This document shows, piece by piece, positions 17,275 through 29,600 of a stretch of DNA of 64,000 nt. The stretch lies in the IMG/VR virus record IMGVR_UViG_3300021964_000046. One strand, given 5' to 3'. The notes beneath the pieces are model-generated. The model saw only the letters and a program-made list of their open reading frames with translations. It had not been told where the DNA came from and searched no databases. Origin of the DNA: an uncultured virus (IMG/VR IMGVR_UViG_3300021964_000046) (taxonomy: Duplodnaviria; Heunggongvirae; Uroviricota; Caudoviricetes). Position 1 is the stretch's first letter. Each line of letters begins with the position of its first letter. Position numbers and translations under genes: made by a program.

Positions 17275-20200
17275 GTGGCAGTTGGTCGTATATCCGGTCC
17301 GCTCTTAAAGGCAAATCTATTGCGCCAAGGCGTAGATTTAGCGTTTGAAACGGATCTACTTTACTTAGATGTTAATAATAGCCGAGTTGGAATTAAGACT
17401 GCATCTCCTCAAGCGGAATTAGATGTAAACGGATCAGCAAGAATTCAAACATTAGATATTTTAGACACCATATTACCTATCGGTAATATTACTATTGACG
17501 GTGGTACTAATACTATTTCTACTACACAATCAATATTCAATATTGCTACACCAAACAGTGTAATTTATCAGGATAGATTACAGGTAGATGATATTGAAAT
17601 TGACGGTAGTGTAATCCGTACATTAGGAACTAATCAAAACTTAGAGTTTCGTCCTAATGGTACAGGTACTATTAATTTTTATGGTAACACAAATGTTACA
17701 GGTAATTTACACGCTACTGGAAACATCAGTGCAGATGGTGATATTACTATTGGTGATCAAGACACTGACACAGTTACAATTAACGCAGACATTGCGTCTG
17801 ACTTAATTCCAGATGTAACAAATACATACACAATTGGTAATGCTACTAAGAAGTGGGCACACGGTTATTTTAATGATTTAACAGCAACAAGTATTACAAC
17901 TGCTGGTCTTACCATTGGAGATTTAGATCTTACATTAACTCCAGGAAATGTTTTTTATGTTGCTAAAAACGGTGACGATGTACACAGCGGAGAACATCCA
18001 CAAGATCCATTCTTAACTATCGCTCAAGCATTGAGTGTAGCAAGTGTAGGTGACACAATTCACATTTATCCTGGAGATTATGAAGAAGTATTTCCACTAA
18101 ACGTTCCAGCAGGCGTTACAATTATTGGCGAAGGAATTAGATCAGTAAAAGTTACACCAACATCAGGTACAAATAATAACAACGCTTTTGTACTACAAGG
18201 CGAATCAAGTGTAATGAATTTAACTGTTGCAGACTTTTACTATGACAGCGTAAATGACACAGGCTGGGCATTTAGTTTTGCAAATAATTTTGAAGTTACT
18301 TCAAGATCACCTTACATTAAAAATATTAGTGTAATTACAAAAGGTAGTGTAACATCAGCAAGTGATCCAAGAGGATTTGATCAAGCCGATGCAGGTAGGG
18401 GTGCAAAACTTGATGGCGAACAAGCAACAGCAAACTCAAAAGAAGCAAGTATGCTGTTCCACAGTGTTACATTTATTACTCCAGGAGCAGTAGGCCTTTA
18501 TGCAACAAATGGTGCAAGAATAGAATGGCTTAACTCATTTGTGTATTTTGCTGATAAAGCAATGCTTGGTGAAAACGGTACTAACGGATTAAAAGGCACT
18601 GGACGCACAAAAGTTAAGTTAAGCGGACTTGTAGGAACACCGACAGCAGGGGAAGTATTTCAATATACAGATTCACAAGGCACAGTTGTTAATGCAACAG
18701 TAAATGAAGTTGATGGAAATTACATCTATCTAAACAACAACGTTTTAGGATTAGAAACAAAATATGAGCGTGGCGGAAAAACTGTTGTTGCAGTAGACAA
18801 TGCACAAATTGATACAGCAATTAAAAAGTTTGGTACAGGTTCTTTATTATTAGATGGTACAGATGATTATATCTCAGTTGCTACAGATCCAGACTTTGGA
18901 TTTGGTACAGGTAACTTTACAATTGAAGGTTGGTTCTATGCAAATAGTGTAACAGGAACAAGAGCACTTGTTGACATGAGAGCAGGAACTGCAATCGATA
19001 CTGGTTTATATCTTTATGCAGACGCTGGTGTTGTTAAAGTTTATTACAATGGTGCAGAACTATTAAGTGGTGGATTACTATCAACAACAACATGGACACA
19101 CGTTGCTGTAACAAGATCAAGTTCAACAATAAATTTATATGTAAATGGTACAAGAGTTGATTCTGATAACGCATTTAGTTCAGACATAGGAGCAAGTAAA
19201 CCTTTATTAATTGGTTCGGCTTTTAATGCATCATCTTTCTGGGACGGACACGTTGACGATTTTAGATTGTCAGCAGTTGCAAGATACACATTAGGATCTT
19301 ACACACCGCCATTAAATGAAGTTTCAAATGATACAGATTCAAGAATACTTTTAAGATTTAATGGTGTAGATAGTTCAAGCACTTTTGAAGATGACGTTAT
19401 TGTATTACAGAACATTGGCTTTGGCGGCGGAGCATACGCTACAGGAATTGAATTAGCAGACTTTTCAGACTTTGGTTGTGAAATACGTTCAATAGGTAGT
19501 GCTTGTGTTTACGGTAATTATGGTATTTACGGAGACGGTAATGGTGTTGTTATGTACCTTATCTCTCAGAACCTTGCATACATTGGTAACGGCAAAGCAG
19601 TTGATAATGATCCAACTACTGTAATTCAAAGTCAAGAAGTTACAAAACTAAACGAAGCAAATGTTTACTTTAGTTCAGTTGACCATAAAGGTGATTTTAG
19701 AGTTGGCGATGTTTTCCATGTTAATCAAGCAGATGGTACAGTCAACTTTACAAATGCAAACTTTAATATTGATACATTACAAAGTGTAAGATTTAGCACA
19801 GGTTCGTCGACTACAATTATCGACGGAGACAAAATTCAAACAGGCAATATTAGACTAAGCGGTAATACTGTTGAAAGTTTAAGTGGCGACTTAAACATTG
19901 ATGCACAAAGCGGAATAGTTAATTTTTCAGATGATGTTAATATTACAGGCGACCTTGATGTAACAGGTGATGTTACTATTGGCGGTAACATTACAATAGG
20001 TGACGAAGCAACTGATAGCATTGAAATTGTTGCAGGTATTGCAAGTAATCTTGTACCAAGTGAAGACGGAACATTTACTTTAGGTACAGTGACAAACGAA
20101 TGGCGTAAATTATATGCTGGTGAAGCACAAATTGACGACATTAATATTAACACAAACGTAATTCAAACTACAAATACAAATCAAGATTTAGAATTACGTG

Positions 20201-20985
20201 CAAGTGGTACAGGATCAATCAAAGTTGACGATTTAAGTTTTAAAACAAATATTATTTCATCGACAGGGGATATGATTCTTGATCCAGGCAGTGAAACAGT
20301 TGACATTAATTCAACTGGTAGTTTGACATTACCAAGAGGTACAACAGCACAACGTCCAGGTACTCCAGCAGATGGTATGCTACGTTATAACACAGACACA
20401 GATGTGTTTGAAGGTTATGACGGGCAATGGATTACACTAAATGGTGTTCGTGATGTTGACCAAGATACATACATCACAGCAGAAGCAACACCAGGTGCAG
20501 ACGACGACACACTTTATTTTTATGCTGGTGGCCAACTCATTGCAGACGCTAACCAGACACGTTTTAATGTTGCCAAATTAGCAGTTGACGACATTGAAAT
20601 TGAAGGAAATACTGTCAGAGCAGTTACAACAAACAGTGATTTGAACCTTAGAGCCAACGGAACAGGGCGAGTTATTGTTGAAAATTTTGGTTTCAACGCA
20701 AATTCGATAACTAATACTGTAGCCGGTGCAGTTACATCATTGGCTCAAACTGGTGACGGATATTTTAAAATTGAAGGACAAGGCGGATTTGTTATTCCAG
20801 TTGGTGATTTGTCAAATAGACATCCTACACCAGAAACAGGAATGATGCGTTTTAATACTCAAGACGATAGAGTTGAAATTTATGATCCGGCAGGCGTTTG
20901 GGTATCAGTAGCAGGTAGTTCGGGTGCGGTTTCGGCGCAAGACGCTGAGGAGATAGCAATACAAATGGCGATTTCGTTAGGATAA
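17275..20985 (+). CDS. Large tail fibre protein with inserted LamG/ConA-like domain
   Basis: Paralog of 14278 with an insert KFGTGSLLLDG..DY...FGTGNFTIEGWFY...WTHVAVTR...LYVNG...GHVDDFR, characteristic of LamG-like domains. Confidence 0.75.
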   Translation: MAVGRISGPLLKANLLRQGVDLAFETDLLYLDVNNSRVGIKTASPQAELDVNGSARIQTLDILDTILPIGNITIDGGTNTISTTQSIFNIATPNSVIYQDRLQVDDIEIDGSVIRTLGTNQNLEFRPNGTGTINFYGNTNVTGNLHATGNISADGDITIGDQDTDTVTINADIASDLIPDVTNTYTIGNATKKWAHGYFNDLTATSITTAGLTIGDLDLTLTPGNVFYVAKNGDDVHSGEHPQDPFLTIAQALSVASVGDTIHIYPGDYEEVFPLNVPAGVTIIGEGIRSVKVTPTSGTNNNNAFVLQGESSVMNLTVADFYYDSVNDTGWAFSFANNFEVTSRSPYIKNISVITKGSVTSASDPRGFDQADAGRGAKLDGEQATANSKEASMLFHSVTFITPGAVGLYATNGARIEWLNSFVYFADKAMLGENGTNGLKGTGRTKVKLSGLVGTPTAGEVFQYTDSQGTVVNATVNEVDGNYIYLNNNVLGLETKYERGGKTVVAVDNAQIDTAIKKFGTGSLLLDGTDDYISVATDPDFGFGTGNFTIEGWFYANSVTGTRALVDMRAGTAIDTGLYLYADAGVVKVYYNGAELLSGGLLSTTTWTHVAVTRSSSTINLYVNGTRVDSDNAFSSDIGASKPLLIGSAFNASSFWDGHVDDFRLSAVARYTLGSYTPPLNEVSNDTDSRILLRFNGVDSSSTFEDDVIVLQNIGFGGGAYATGIELADFSDFGCEIRSIGSACVYGNYGIYGDGNGVVMYLISQNLAYIGNGKAVDNDPTTVIQSQEVTKLNEANVYFSSVDHKGDFRVGDVFHVNQADGTVNFTNANFNIDTLQSVRFSTGSSTTIIDGDKIQTGNIRLSGNTVESLSGDLNIDAQSGIVNFSDDVNITGDLDVTGDVTIGGNITIGDEATDSIEIVAGIASNLVPSEDGTFTLGTVTNEWRKLYAGEAQIDDININTNVIQTTNTNQDLELRASGTGSIKVDDLSFKTNIISSTGDMILDPGSETVDINSTGSLTLPRGTTAQRPGTPADGMLRYNTDTDVFEGYDGQWITLNGVRDVDQDTYITAEATPGADDDTLYFYAGGQLIADANQTRFNVAKLAVDDIEIEGNTVRAVTTNSDLNLRANGTGRVIVENFGFNANSITNTVAGAVTSLAQTGDGYFKIEGQGGFVIPVGDLSNRHPTPETGMMRFNTQDDRVEIYDPAGVWVSVAGSSGAVSAQDAEEIAIQMAISLG

Positions 20986-20988
20986 GAT

Positions 20989-21318
20989 ATGGCAACATTT
21001 TTTAAAAATAAAGTAATTAAAGAAATAGGTAAAGTTGAAGTACCAATTTATGAGGCTCCGGCGTCAGCCAGAACAACGGTGATTGGATTAAGTTTAGCAA
21101 ACCTTACAGAGTCGGTAGTTAGTGCAAGTGTGCTGATTGCTGATGATACTTCTGTAAAAGGTTTTTACCTCAAAGACGTTTTAGTGCCACCTAACAGTAC
21201 ATTGAAAGTATTAAACGGCGGAGAAAAAATAATTTTAGGATCTACAAATCAAGTGTTTGCAGTTTCTGACATTGATGCAAGTTTAGATGCAATCATAAGT
21301 TTTGTGGAGATAGTGTAA
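20989..21318 (+). CDS. Small virion adaptor-like protein (paralog 2 of 3)
   Basis: IYEAP..ARTTVIGLSLAN...EKIILG. Confidence 0.65.
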   Translation: MATFFKNKVIKEIGKVEVPIYEAPASARTTVIGLSLANLTESVVSASVLIADDTSVKGFYLKDVLVPPNSTLKVLNGGEKIILGSTNQVFAVSDIDASLDAIISFVEIV

Positions 21319-21319
21319 T

Positions 21320-21778
21320 ATGTCAGTTTTTTATACAGGTCAAACAATTACTCAAACTATTGAAGATAATCTTGGAGAAAGATACTTCTATGGTTTACGT
21401 AGATCTGATGAAGGCGAACTATTTTTAGGAAAACTTGATCAGTTAAGTTTAAATGATTCTATTGCAATCAACAACGAAGGCAATCCAATTGATAACTTTA
21501 CAGAATTTGACGAAGGCGCAGAATTTTTTGAAGGAAGAGATTCTGCACATAATCTAACATATAAGAATTTAAATTATGAACAATTTCGTTGGGACGATGC
21601 CAATTTATTTTATTATGTAAACGACGAAGGCGAACTTGTTGTAAGAATTAATCAAGGACCTAATGATGGTGCAGTAGAATATGCAGGTGATACAATTACT
21701 ATTACAGACAGTGATAGAGAATGGGATAACACCAACCTTACATTAGATAATAACAATATTACATACGACCAAACATAG
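21320..21778 (+). CDS. Virion structural protein (paralog of 23270)
   Basis: RYFYGLRR..GEL, FFEGRD, YEQFRWDD.NL.YY.DEG.LV.RINQ shared with 23270. Confidence 0.7.
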   Translation: MSVFYTGQTITQTIEDNLGERYFYGLRRSDEGELFLGKLDQLSLNDSIAINNEGNPIDNFTEFDEGAEFFEGRDSAHNLTYKNLNYEQFRWDDANLFYYVNDEGELVVRINQGPNDGAVEYAGDTITITDSDREWDNTNLTLDNNNITYDQT

Positions 21779-21795
21779 GAGAGTAGGAGTAGGAT

Positions 21796-23259
21796 ATGAC
21801 AAAACAAGTAGTAAATGTAGGAATTTTGCCCAACGATGGTCAAGGTGATAACCTGAGGGCAGGTGCTACAAAAATTAATAATAACTTTAATGAGTTGTAT
21901 ACAGCATTAGGAGATGGAGATCAATTAACGGTTATTTCTAATAACGTTTTAAATTCTTTTCCACCAACAGCAACAGGTAGTAACAAAATCACTTTCCTAT
22001 ATCCTACATTTGGTGCACTACCTAATCCTACAACTTATGATGGTATGTTGGCAAAAGTGACTGCTGATGCGGCAGTATATTATGCTCACAACAACTCCTG
22101 GAATAAAATGTTAGATACAACGAGTGACCTTGGTGACTTGAGTAATGTATCTGCTACAGCGGCAACAGATGGTCAAGCACTTGTTTGGGATAATGATGCA
22201 GGACAATGGGGACCAGGCACAGTAGCAGGTGAAGGCGGCGGAGCGTCTGCATTTACAGACTTAACTGATTCCCCAACAAATTACACAAGTGCAAATGGAA
22301 AAATTGTTAGAGTTAATTCAGGGGGTACAGGAGTTGAATTTAGTGATGCTGTTACAGCGGCAGAAGTTGGCAGTATTGCAATTGGCGCATTAAGTAATGT
22401 TTCAACTTCGTCTCCGAGCACAGGTGATGTTCTTAAGTGGGACGGATCACAATGGGCACCAGGTGCTGACGTTGCATCAGGTGGTTCAGGATTAGATGCT
22501 GATACACTTGACGGATTTGACAGTGCTTATTTCTTAAATTATAATAACTTTTCAAACACACCAACACTGTTTGGAGAAACATTTTTAGATTTAACAGATA
22601 CTCCAAGTGCATTTACTGGCGCGGCAAATAGATTTGTTAAAGTTAACTCAGCAGGCGATGGATTAGAATTTGTTGTTGATCAATCAACAGACCAAAACTT
22701 GTTTGCAACAGTAGCAGGTGATACAGGTTCAACAACAGCAAGTGGTTTAACAGACACATTAACTATTGCAGGCGGTACTGATATTGAAACTGAAATGGAC
22801 GCAGGCACATTAACAATTAATTTTAATGGCACAACTGGTGCAACAGAGTTAAATGAATTAAGTGATGTAACCACAGCAAATGCAGTTAGAGGATCATATA
22901 TTGGATATAATGGTACAAGTTATGCTCCATTAAATGGTGCAAGTATTACTTGGACACTTGGTGCTAATGGGTCAAGTGATTATACATTTACAGGACCAGG
23001 ATTTCCAACAACTACAAATGATCCAGTTTTATACTTAATGCGTGGAATGACTTATTATTTTAATAATAACAGTGGTGGCGGACATCCATTTGAAATTAGA
23101 GTTTCAAATGGCGGCGCGGCATACAACACAGGTGTTGTTAACAACAATGCGTCAACAGGATATATTGTGTTTACAGTACCAATGAATGCACCAAATACTT
23201 TGTACTATCAATGTACTGCACACAGTAACATGGGGAATACAATTAATATTGTAACTTAA
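21796..23259 (+). CDS. gp9/gp10-like baseplate tail-fibre connector with a C-terminal cupredoxin-like domain
   Basis: N-terminus MTKQVVNVGILPNDGQGDNLRAGATKINNNFNELY (T4 gp9/gp10 type); C-terminal HPF...LYYQCTAHSNM. Confidence 0.75.
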   Translation: MTKQVVNVGILPNDGQGDNLRAGATKINNNFNELYTALGDGDQLTVISNNVLNSFPPTATGSNKITFLYPTFGALPNPTTYDGMLAKVTADAAVYYAHNNSWNKMLDTTSDLGDLSNVSATAATDGQALVWDNDAGQWGPGTVAGEGGGASAFTDLTDSPTNYTSANGKIVRVNSGGTGVEFSDAVTAAEVGSIAIGALSNVSTSSPSTGDVLKWDGSQWAPGADVASGGSGLDADTLDGFDSAYFLNYNNFSNTPTLFGETFLDLTDTPSAFTGAANRFVKVNSAGDGLEFVVDQSTDQNLFATVAGDTGSTTASGLTDTLTIAGGTDIETEMDAGTLTINFNGTTGATELNELSDVTTANAVRGSYIGYNGTSYAPLNGASITWTLGANGSSDYTFTGPGFPTTTNDPVLYLMRGMTYYFNNNSGGGHPFEIRVSNGGAAYNTGVVNNNASTGYIVFTVPMNAPNTLYYQCTAHSNMGNTINIVT

Positions 23260-23269
23260 GGAATAGATT

Positions 23270-23638
23270 ATGGCAAGTTTTTATCAAGGTACAGAAATTG
23301 GAACAATCCTTAAAACAGTTAAGGGTAGTAGATACTTTTACGGCCTACGAAGAACACAAGATGGCGAATTATACTTGGTAAAATCAGACCAAACAAAAAG
23401 CACAGATGGTGTACAAGTTAACCAACCTGGAGATCCTGTACAAAACTATCCAGACTTTCAAAGAGGAATTGAGTTTTTTGAAGGTAGAGATGAAGAGCAT
23501 GAGATTTCATTTGAAAACTTACGCTACGAACAGTTTAGATGGGACGATAGAAACTTAGTTTATTACATAGACGATGAAGGAAACTTAGTAATTAGAATCA
23601 ATCAAGATTATGATTTTCCAGATGGGGTATCACCATAA
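23270..23638 (+). CDS. Virion structural protein (paralog of 21320)
   Basis: Same motifs as 21320. Confidence 0.7.
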   Translation: MASFYQGTEIGTILKTVKGSRYFYGLRRTQDGELYLVKSDQTKSTDGVQVNQPGDPVQNYPDFQRGIEFFEGRDEEHEISFENLRYEQFRWDDRNLVYYIDDEGNLVIRINQDYDFPDGVSP

Positions 23639-23671
23639 TGGTTAAATACAGTAATAGAAACGGAAAAATAA

Positions 23672-26600
23672 ATGGCTGAATTTAAAATTGACAGAATCCG
23701 ATTTAGATGGACTGGCACTTGGCAGGCTTCTAAGCAATATATTAAAGATGATATTGTAAGTTATGGTGGTAAAACTTTTGTTTGTTTGAATGGTCATACA
23801 TCAGATCCAGACTTTTACATTGACTATCTAAATCAAATACTGCCTAAGTGGACACAAATGACAGACGGTGTACAATGGGTAGACCAATGGACTCCGGGTA
23901 CATATTATAAAGTAAATGACGTTATACGCTATGGTGGTCAAGTCTATGCGGCTATTGTTGGTCATACAGCAAGTCCGTATGAAGTTCCAGAAGGATCAAC
24001 AACTATTACAGTAACAGTTGATAGAGACAGTGGATCTATCACTGACACAGGTCGTGCTAACACTTCAACTGGTGCAATTTTCTTAAATGGAACTGAAAGA
24101 AATATTATTACAATACGTAAAGGACATACATACCTTTTTGATCAAACAGATCAATCAAATTTAGATTTCGGTGGACAAGAACACCCACTAAGATTTAGTG
24201 TATACGAAGACGGTGTGAATCCTGATACTCCTCTTATTGACTATTGGGACATTGGTACAAATCTTGTTTACTTTATTGACGGCATTGAAACAACAGAGGC
24301 AGTTTACCTAAGTTCGTTTGCAACAGCAAGTGATAGAAAAATTAGACTTACAGTCCCAGCAGATGCACCAGACAAAATTTATTACTTTGATGGCACACCA
24401 GATTCAAAAGACAAGGGTGCGTATCTAAATATTGAAACTCCAGGTGAAATTGGAATTAATGATTTTGGTAATTGGAAATTGGTTGTTTCAGATCAAAATT
24501 GGCGTTACGAATGGTTACCTCAAGTAATTTATAGAATTGGTGATGTTGTTAAGTACGGCGGTATTATATATCGTTGTACAGTCGAACACACGTCATCAAC
24601 AACTGTTACAGGTCTTGAATTAGACTCAACTAAATGGACAGTTGTTACAAGATCAGATCAGTGGAAAGATTATTGGAAGCCAAGAACAAGATATGTAGCA
24701 GATGATGTTATACGTTACGGTGGTATTATATATCGTTGTGTAATTGGTCATTTAAGTGCAAATGATGACGCACTTGGTCTTGAAGAAGATATGCCAGGAG
24801 CACCTAACAATGCATGGGAAATTTTAATTGACGGCATCGAATATAAAGGACATTGGGTAGCAAGTAGAGATATTACATCAGAAGAAATTACAGGCGGTAT
24901 AGTAACAGTAACAAGTCACGGATTAACAACAGGTGATTTAGTTCAGTATACAACAACTGGAACAGACGGTGACGGATTAAGTGATAACACTTATTATTAT
25001 ATAAGAAATGTAACAGTAGATACATTTAAATTATACAGACGTTTAAATGATGCACTTGCTAATAGAAGTAATTTGGAAGTTGAAGCAGGTGACGGTACTG
25101 AAATTTTTGTTAAAAAAGAAAAATACAAAAAAGGTGATATTCTAAGATACGGACCAAGTATATGGTATTGTAACACAGGACATAACAGTGGAACAACTTT
25201 TGCAGAAAGTTTCTTTGATATTTGGTTGCCTGGATATGAATACGAACAACAGTGGGTAGAGAGTGCAACATATCAACCTGGCGATATTGTCAAATATGGT
25301 GGTTACAGTTATACATCATTAACAATTAATACAAACAGTATTCCGAGTGTAAATGGTATTACACAAGACACTGGCGATTGGGAATTACTAACACAAGGCT
25401 ACAGAATGGGTGGCCAAATAAATCAAAATCCTGATCTACAAGAAGAAGCATCATATTGGGACAGTGGTACATCATACCAAACTGGTGATGTTGTAAGATT
25501 TGGTGGTTACTTGTATATTGCATTACGTGATAATACAGGTGCAGAACCAGATGATCAAAATTCAACTGTTGATGTAACAATTACAGTAGGTAATCCTGGC
25601 AACGGTAACAAATATTATGTTAATGGTGTAGTTGGTGGAAACATTGATTTATACGAAGAAAACACATATAGATTTATACAGAACGATTCATCAAACCTAA
25701 CACATCCGTTGTATCTCAGCACATCAATTGATGGACACCATGACGGCGGTCAATACAATTACTTAGATAACGGTGTAACATACTGGTTAGATGGTGTACA
25801 GGTTGCTGATGCCGCGGCATATGACACAGGCTTTGCTGGAGCAACCGAAAGATATGTTCAGTATATTGTTCCAAGAGATGCATACAAAGCAAACTATCTT
25901 GTTTGTTACAATCACAGTGCTATGTATCAAGACGATCAAGGTGACGATGGCACACTAACAACTATCTACAGCAACAATCAATGGTTAACATTAATTGATG
26001 GTGATAGATTTAGAGGAAACTGGAAAGAAACAGTAATTGTAAATGCGGCTCCAGAAACTAATTCATACTTCCTTGGAGATATTGTTACATACAACGGTAC
26101 GCTATATCGTTGTATCAAACGCCACGAAGCATCTAACTCTGGTTCAAGACCAGATTTAGATATAGATTACACACAGGAAAATTTCTGGGTAACTGTTGCA
26201 GAAGGTGGTGTTAATAACGTATTACAATACAGAGGTGATATTAGAACACATGACGGAACAGATCACGCAAGGGTTGGAATTGGTAATCCAGGTGACTCGT
26301 TCAAAGTTATGGCAGATGACGACCTTGCATGGGAATCTTTAGAACAAACAGAAAATGTTTACTATGTTTCACCAGACGGTATTGATGCAAACTCAACAGG
26401 TAGAGGTTTAACTCCTACTGCTCCATTTAAAACAATTAAGTATGCAACACAATATATTTTAGAAGATGAAGGTACAAGGGCGCCAGCAACTATTCTTGTA
26501 AAAACTGGCCGCTATCAAGAAATTTGTCCTATCAGTGTACCTGCTAACGTTGCTATTGTTGGCGACGAACTACGTTCAACATTTGTAGAACCAACACCAG

Positions 26601-29600
26601 AAACTAAAGGCAACGATATGTTCCGAGTACGTAATGGTTGTGGTATTAGAAATATGACACTATCGGGTCTACAAGGTCAATTTACAGATCCAGATGAATA
26701 TTTAATTAAAAGGGTAACAGGCGGTGCGTTTGTAGCACTTGATCCGGGTGAAGGTCCAGACGATGAAACTGTTTGGATTACCACTAAATCAACTTATGTA
26801 CAAAACGTTTCAACATTTGGTAACAAGTGTGTAGGTATGAAAGTTGATGGCTCCTTACACAACGGCGGCAATAAATCAATTGTTGCTAACGACTTTACAC
26901 AAATTATTCAAGATGGTATCGGTTACTGGTGTAATGCAGATGGCTTATCAGAACTTGTATCAGTGTTTACATATTATTGTTATGTTGGTTATTTGTGTAC
27001 AGAGGGTGGTAAAGTACGTGCAACAAATGGTAACAACTCATACGGTGAATATGGTTCTGTAGCAATTGGCTTTAACAATGACGAAACACCGATTACTGCA
27101 AAAGTAAACAACTATTCTAAAGAAGCAGAAGTTGGAAAAGTTTATAACGATGAAAATAAATTATTTGCTGTAGGATATACCAACACTGGTAATCATTATA
27201 CACAAGGTACTGTAACTATTACAGGTTCAGGTCAAAATGCCGCAGGTAAACTAACAGAATTTAGAAACGGTTCAGTAACCGAAATTAGAATTACTGATCC
27301 AGGTGACTCATCAACTGTAGGAGGTGATAACTATACCTACGCTAACAATAGAGCACAAAGTGGTAATGCAACTGAAATTCAAATTGCTAACCAAGATGTA
27401 AACAACGAAGAATATTATCTTAACAAACTTATTACTATTATTGAAGGTGAAGGTAGAGGACAATACGGTCTTATTACAAGTTATGATTGGAACAACGGTG
27501 GTGTATTAAGTTGGAATGTAACCAGCGCCGCTGACCCAACGCTGACAGAAGGAACATACACAGGAATTAAAGGTGCAAGTAGTGATACAGATGCTACTGA
27601 ACCTACATTTGATGTAAGCATTGATGCTTTAGGTGTAGTAACACTTACACTTACAGATGAAGGAACACGCAACAGTGAGGGAGATATTATTACAATTAAT
27701 CCAACACAAGTTGGTAATAGTGGAAACCCTATTACTATTGAAATTACAGCAGTAAGTGCAGGTAGTAAAACAGTTACAGTTAAAAGACCTATTGACAATC
27801 AACCTGGTTGGCAACATCTATTACCAGGTGAGCCAATTAAAACTGTGTTAGACGAAACAACACGTTATGAAATTACACCATATATTTCATTTAGTGCACC
27901 GCCATACAATTCAAGTAATGCTACTGTTCAAACTGGAAGCAACTTCAAAGACAGTGCTGTGAAACTTGTAGACGGAACATATAGAACTGTTCTTGTTGGA
28001 GAAAACACAATTATGTGGACAGAAGATGGCACTTCGTTAACAGAAGCAACAAGTTATGCAGACTTAAATTATGTTGCTGTAGCCGACGGCCAAACTCAAT
28101 ACGTTGCTATTGATGCTAACGGTAGAGTTAAACAGTCAAACGATGCTACATCTTGGGGCGATGCACCTAACAACTTACTAAGTTTTGGAGTTACATTTGT
28201 TGGTTTAGAATATGGTAACGGAACACACATTGCAATCGCAAGTGGAACACAAAACATTTATAGATCAACAGATGGCGGCGGAACTTGGAGTCAAGTAACA
28301 GCAGGTGCAAGTGGAGCACAGTGGATAGTTTACGGTAACGGTAAATGGATTATTGCAAACGGTTCAGGTGATACTTGGGAAAGTATTGACGACGGAGCAA
28401 GTTGGAATGCAGGACAAAATATTGGTGATGTACAACACGATCTTGCTGATTTAAGATTTGGTAATGGCAGATTTGTTGCATCAACATATGATTCTCCAAA
28501 TGATATTTCAACAGTAAACAACAAATTTTTCTACAGTTTCACTGATGCAAGTACTTCATACAACGACACAGTCTGGTATGCAGGAGAAGATACAAACGTT
28601 GCAGATAACGTTTTAATAAATTATTGTCAAGGTGTATTTTTAGGAGTTACTGAAAGCGGAAGCATTATTCAATCAGAAGATGGTGTTTATTGGATCGACA
28701 AAGGAACAGTAAGTGGGTCATATGATAAAATGTTGTTTGGTGTAACAGATAGCGGTCCGATATTTTATCCTATCAACACTACAAGCACACTTTCAAGTAT
28801 TGAATATGTACAGACAGGTGCTACAACAAGAGCAACAGTTGAATTAGGTACAAGAAGAATCACACAGTTTTATATTCAAGAACCAGGATCAGGTTACGGT
28901 AACAATCCTCCAACTATTAGCATTGTTGATACCGGCAATACAAGAGATGTAACTTACGATGTAAGAATGAGAAACGGAACAGTTGGTCCGGTTGAATTTA
29001 CTAACAGAGGTACTGGTTATATTAACATTGGCGTTACTATTACTGGCGATGGTTATGCAGACTTATACCAACTTGGTGATAAAGTTGTTGTAAAAGAATT
29101 AACACGTGAACCTGGACCAGGAGATAACTTGTACATTGAAGGTATTAACGATATTTTTTATGCTGTTCAAGGTGTTACAAACATTACTGGTACAGAAGGA
29201 AACTTTGATGCTACATTAACAATTAGTCCTACTCTTGATAGAGCAGAATCTCCAGAACACGAAACTAATTTAACAATTAGACAACAATATTCACAGGTAC
29301 GTCTAACAGGACACGATTTCTTAGAAATTGGTAAAGGTAATTTATATAATTCACAGTATCCATTGTTGACTCCAATTGAAGGTTATGATGTTAGAGAGTT
29401 CCAAGAAACAGACAACGGCGGTGGCGGTAGAGTGTTCTACACATCCACAGACCAAGATGGTAACTTTAGGGTTGGTGAACTATTTAAAGTTGAACAAAGT
29501 ACTGGTATTGTTTCTTTAAATGCATCATATTTTGAATTAGACGGTTTAAGTGAATTACGATTAGGCGGTGTTACACTTGGTGGAACTAACGCTGTAATTA

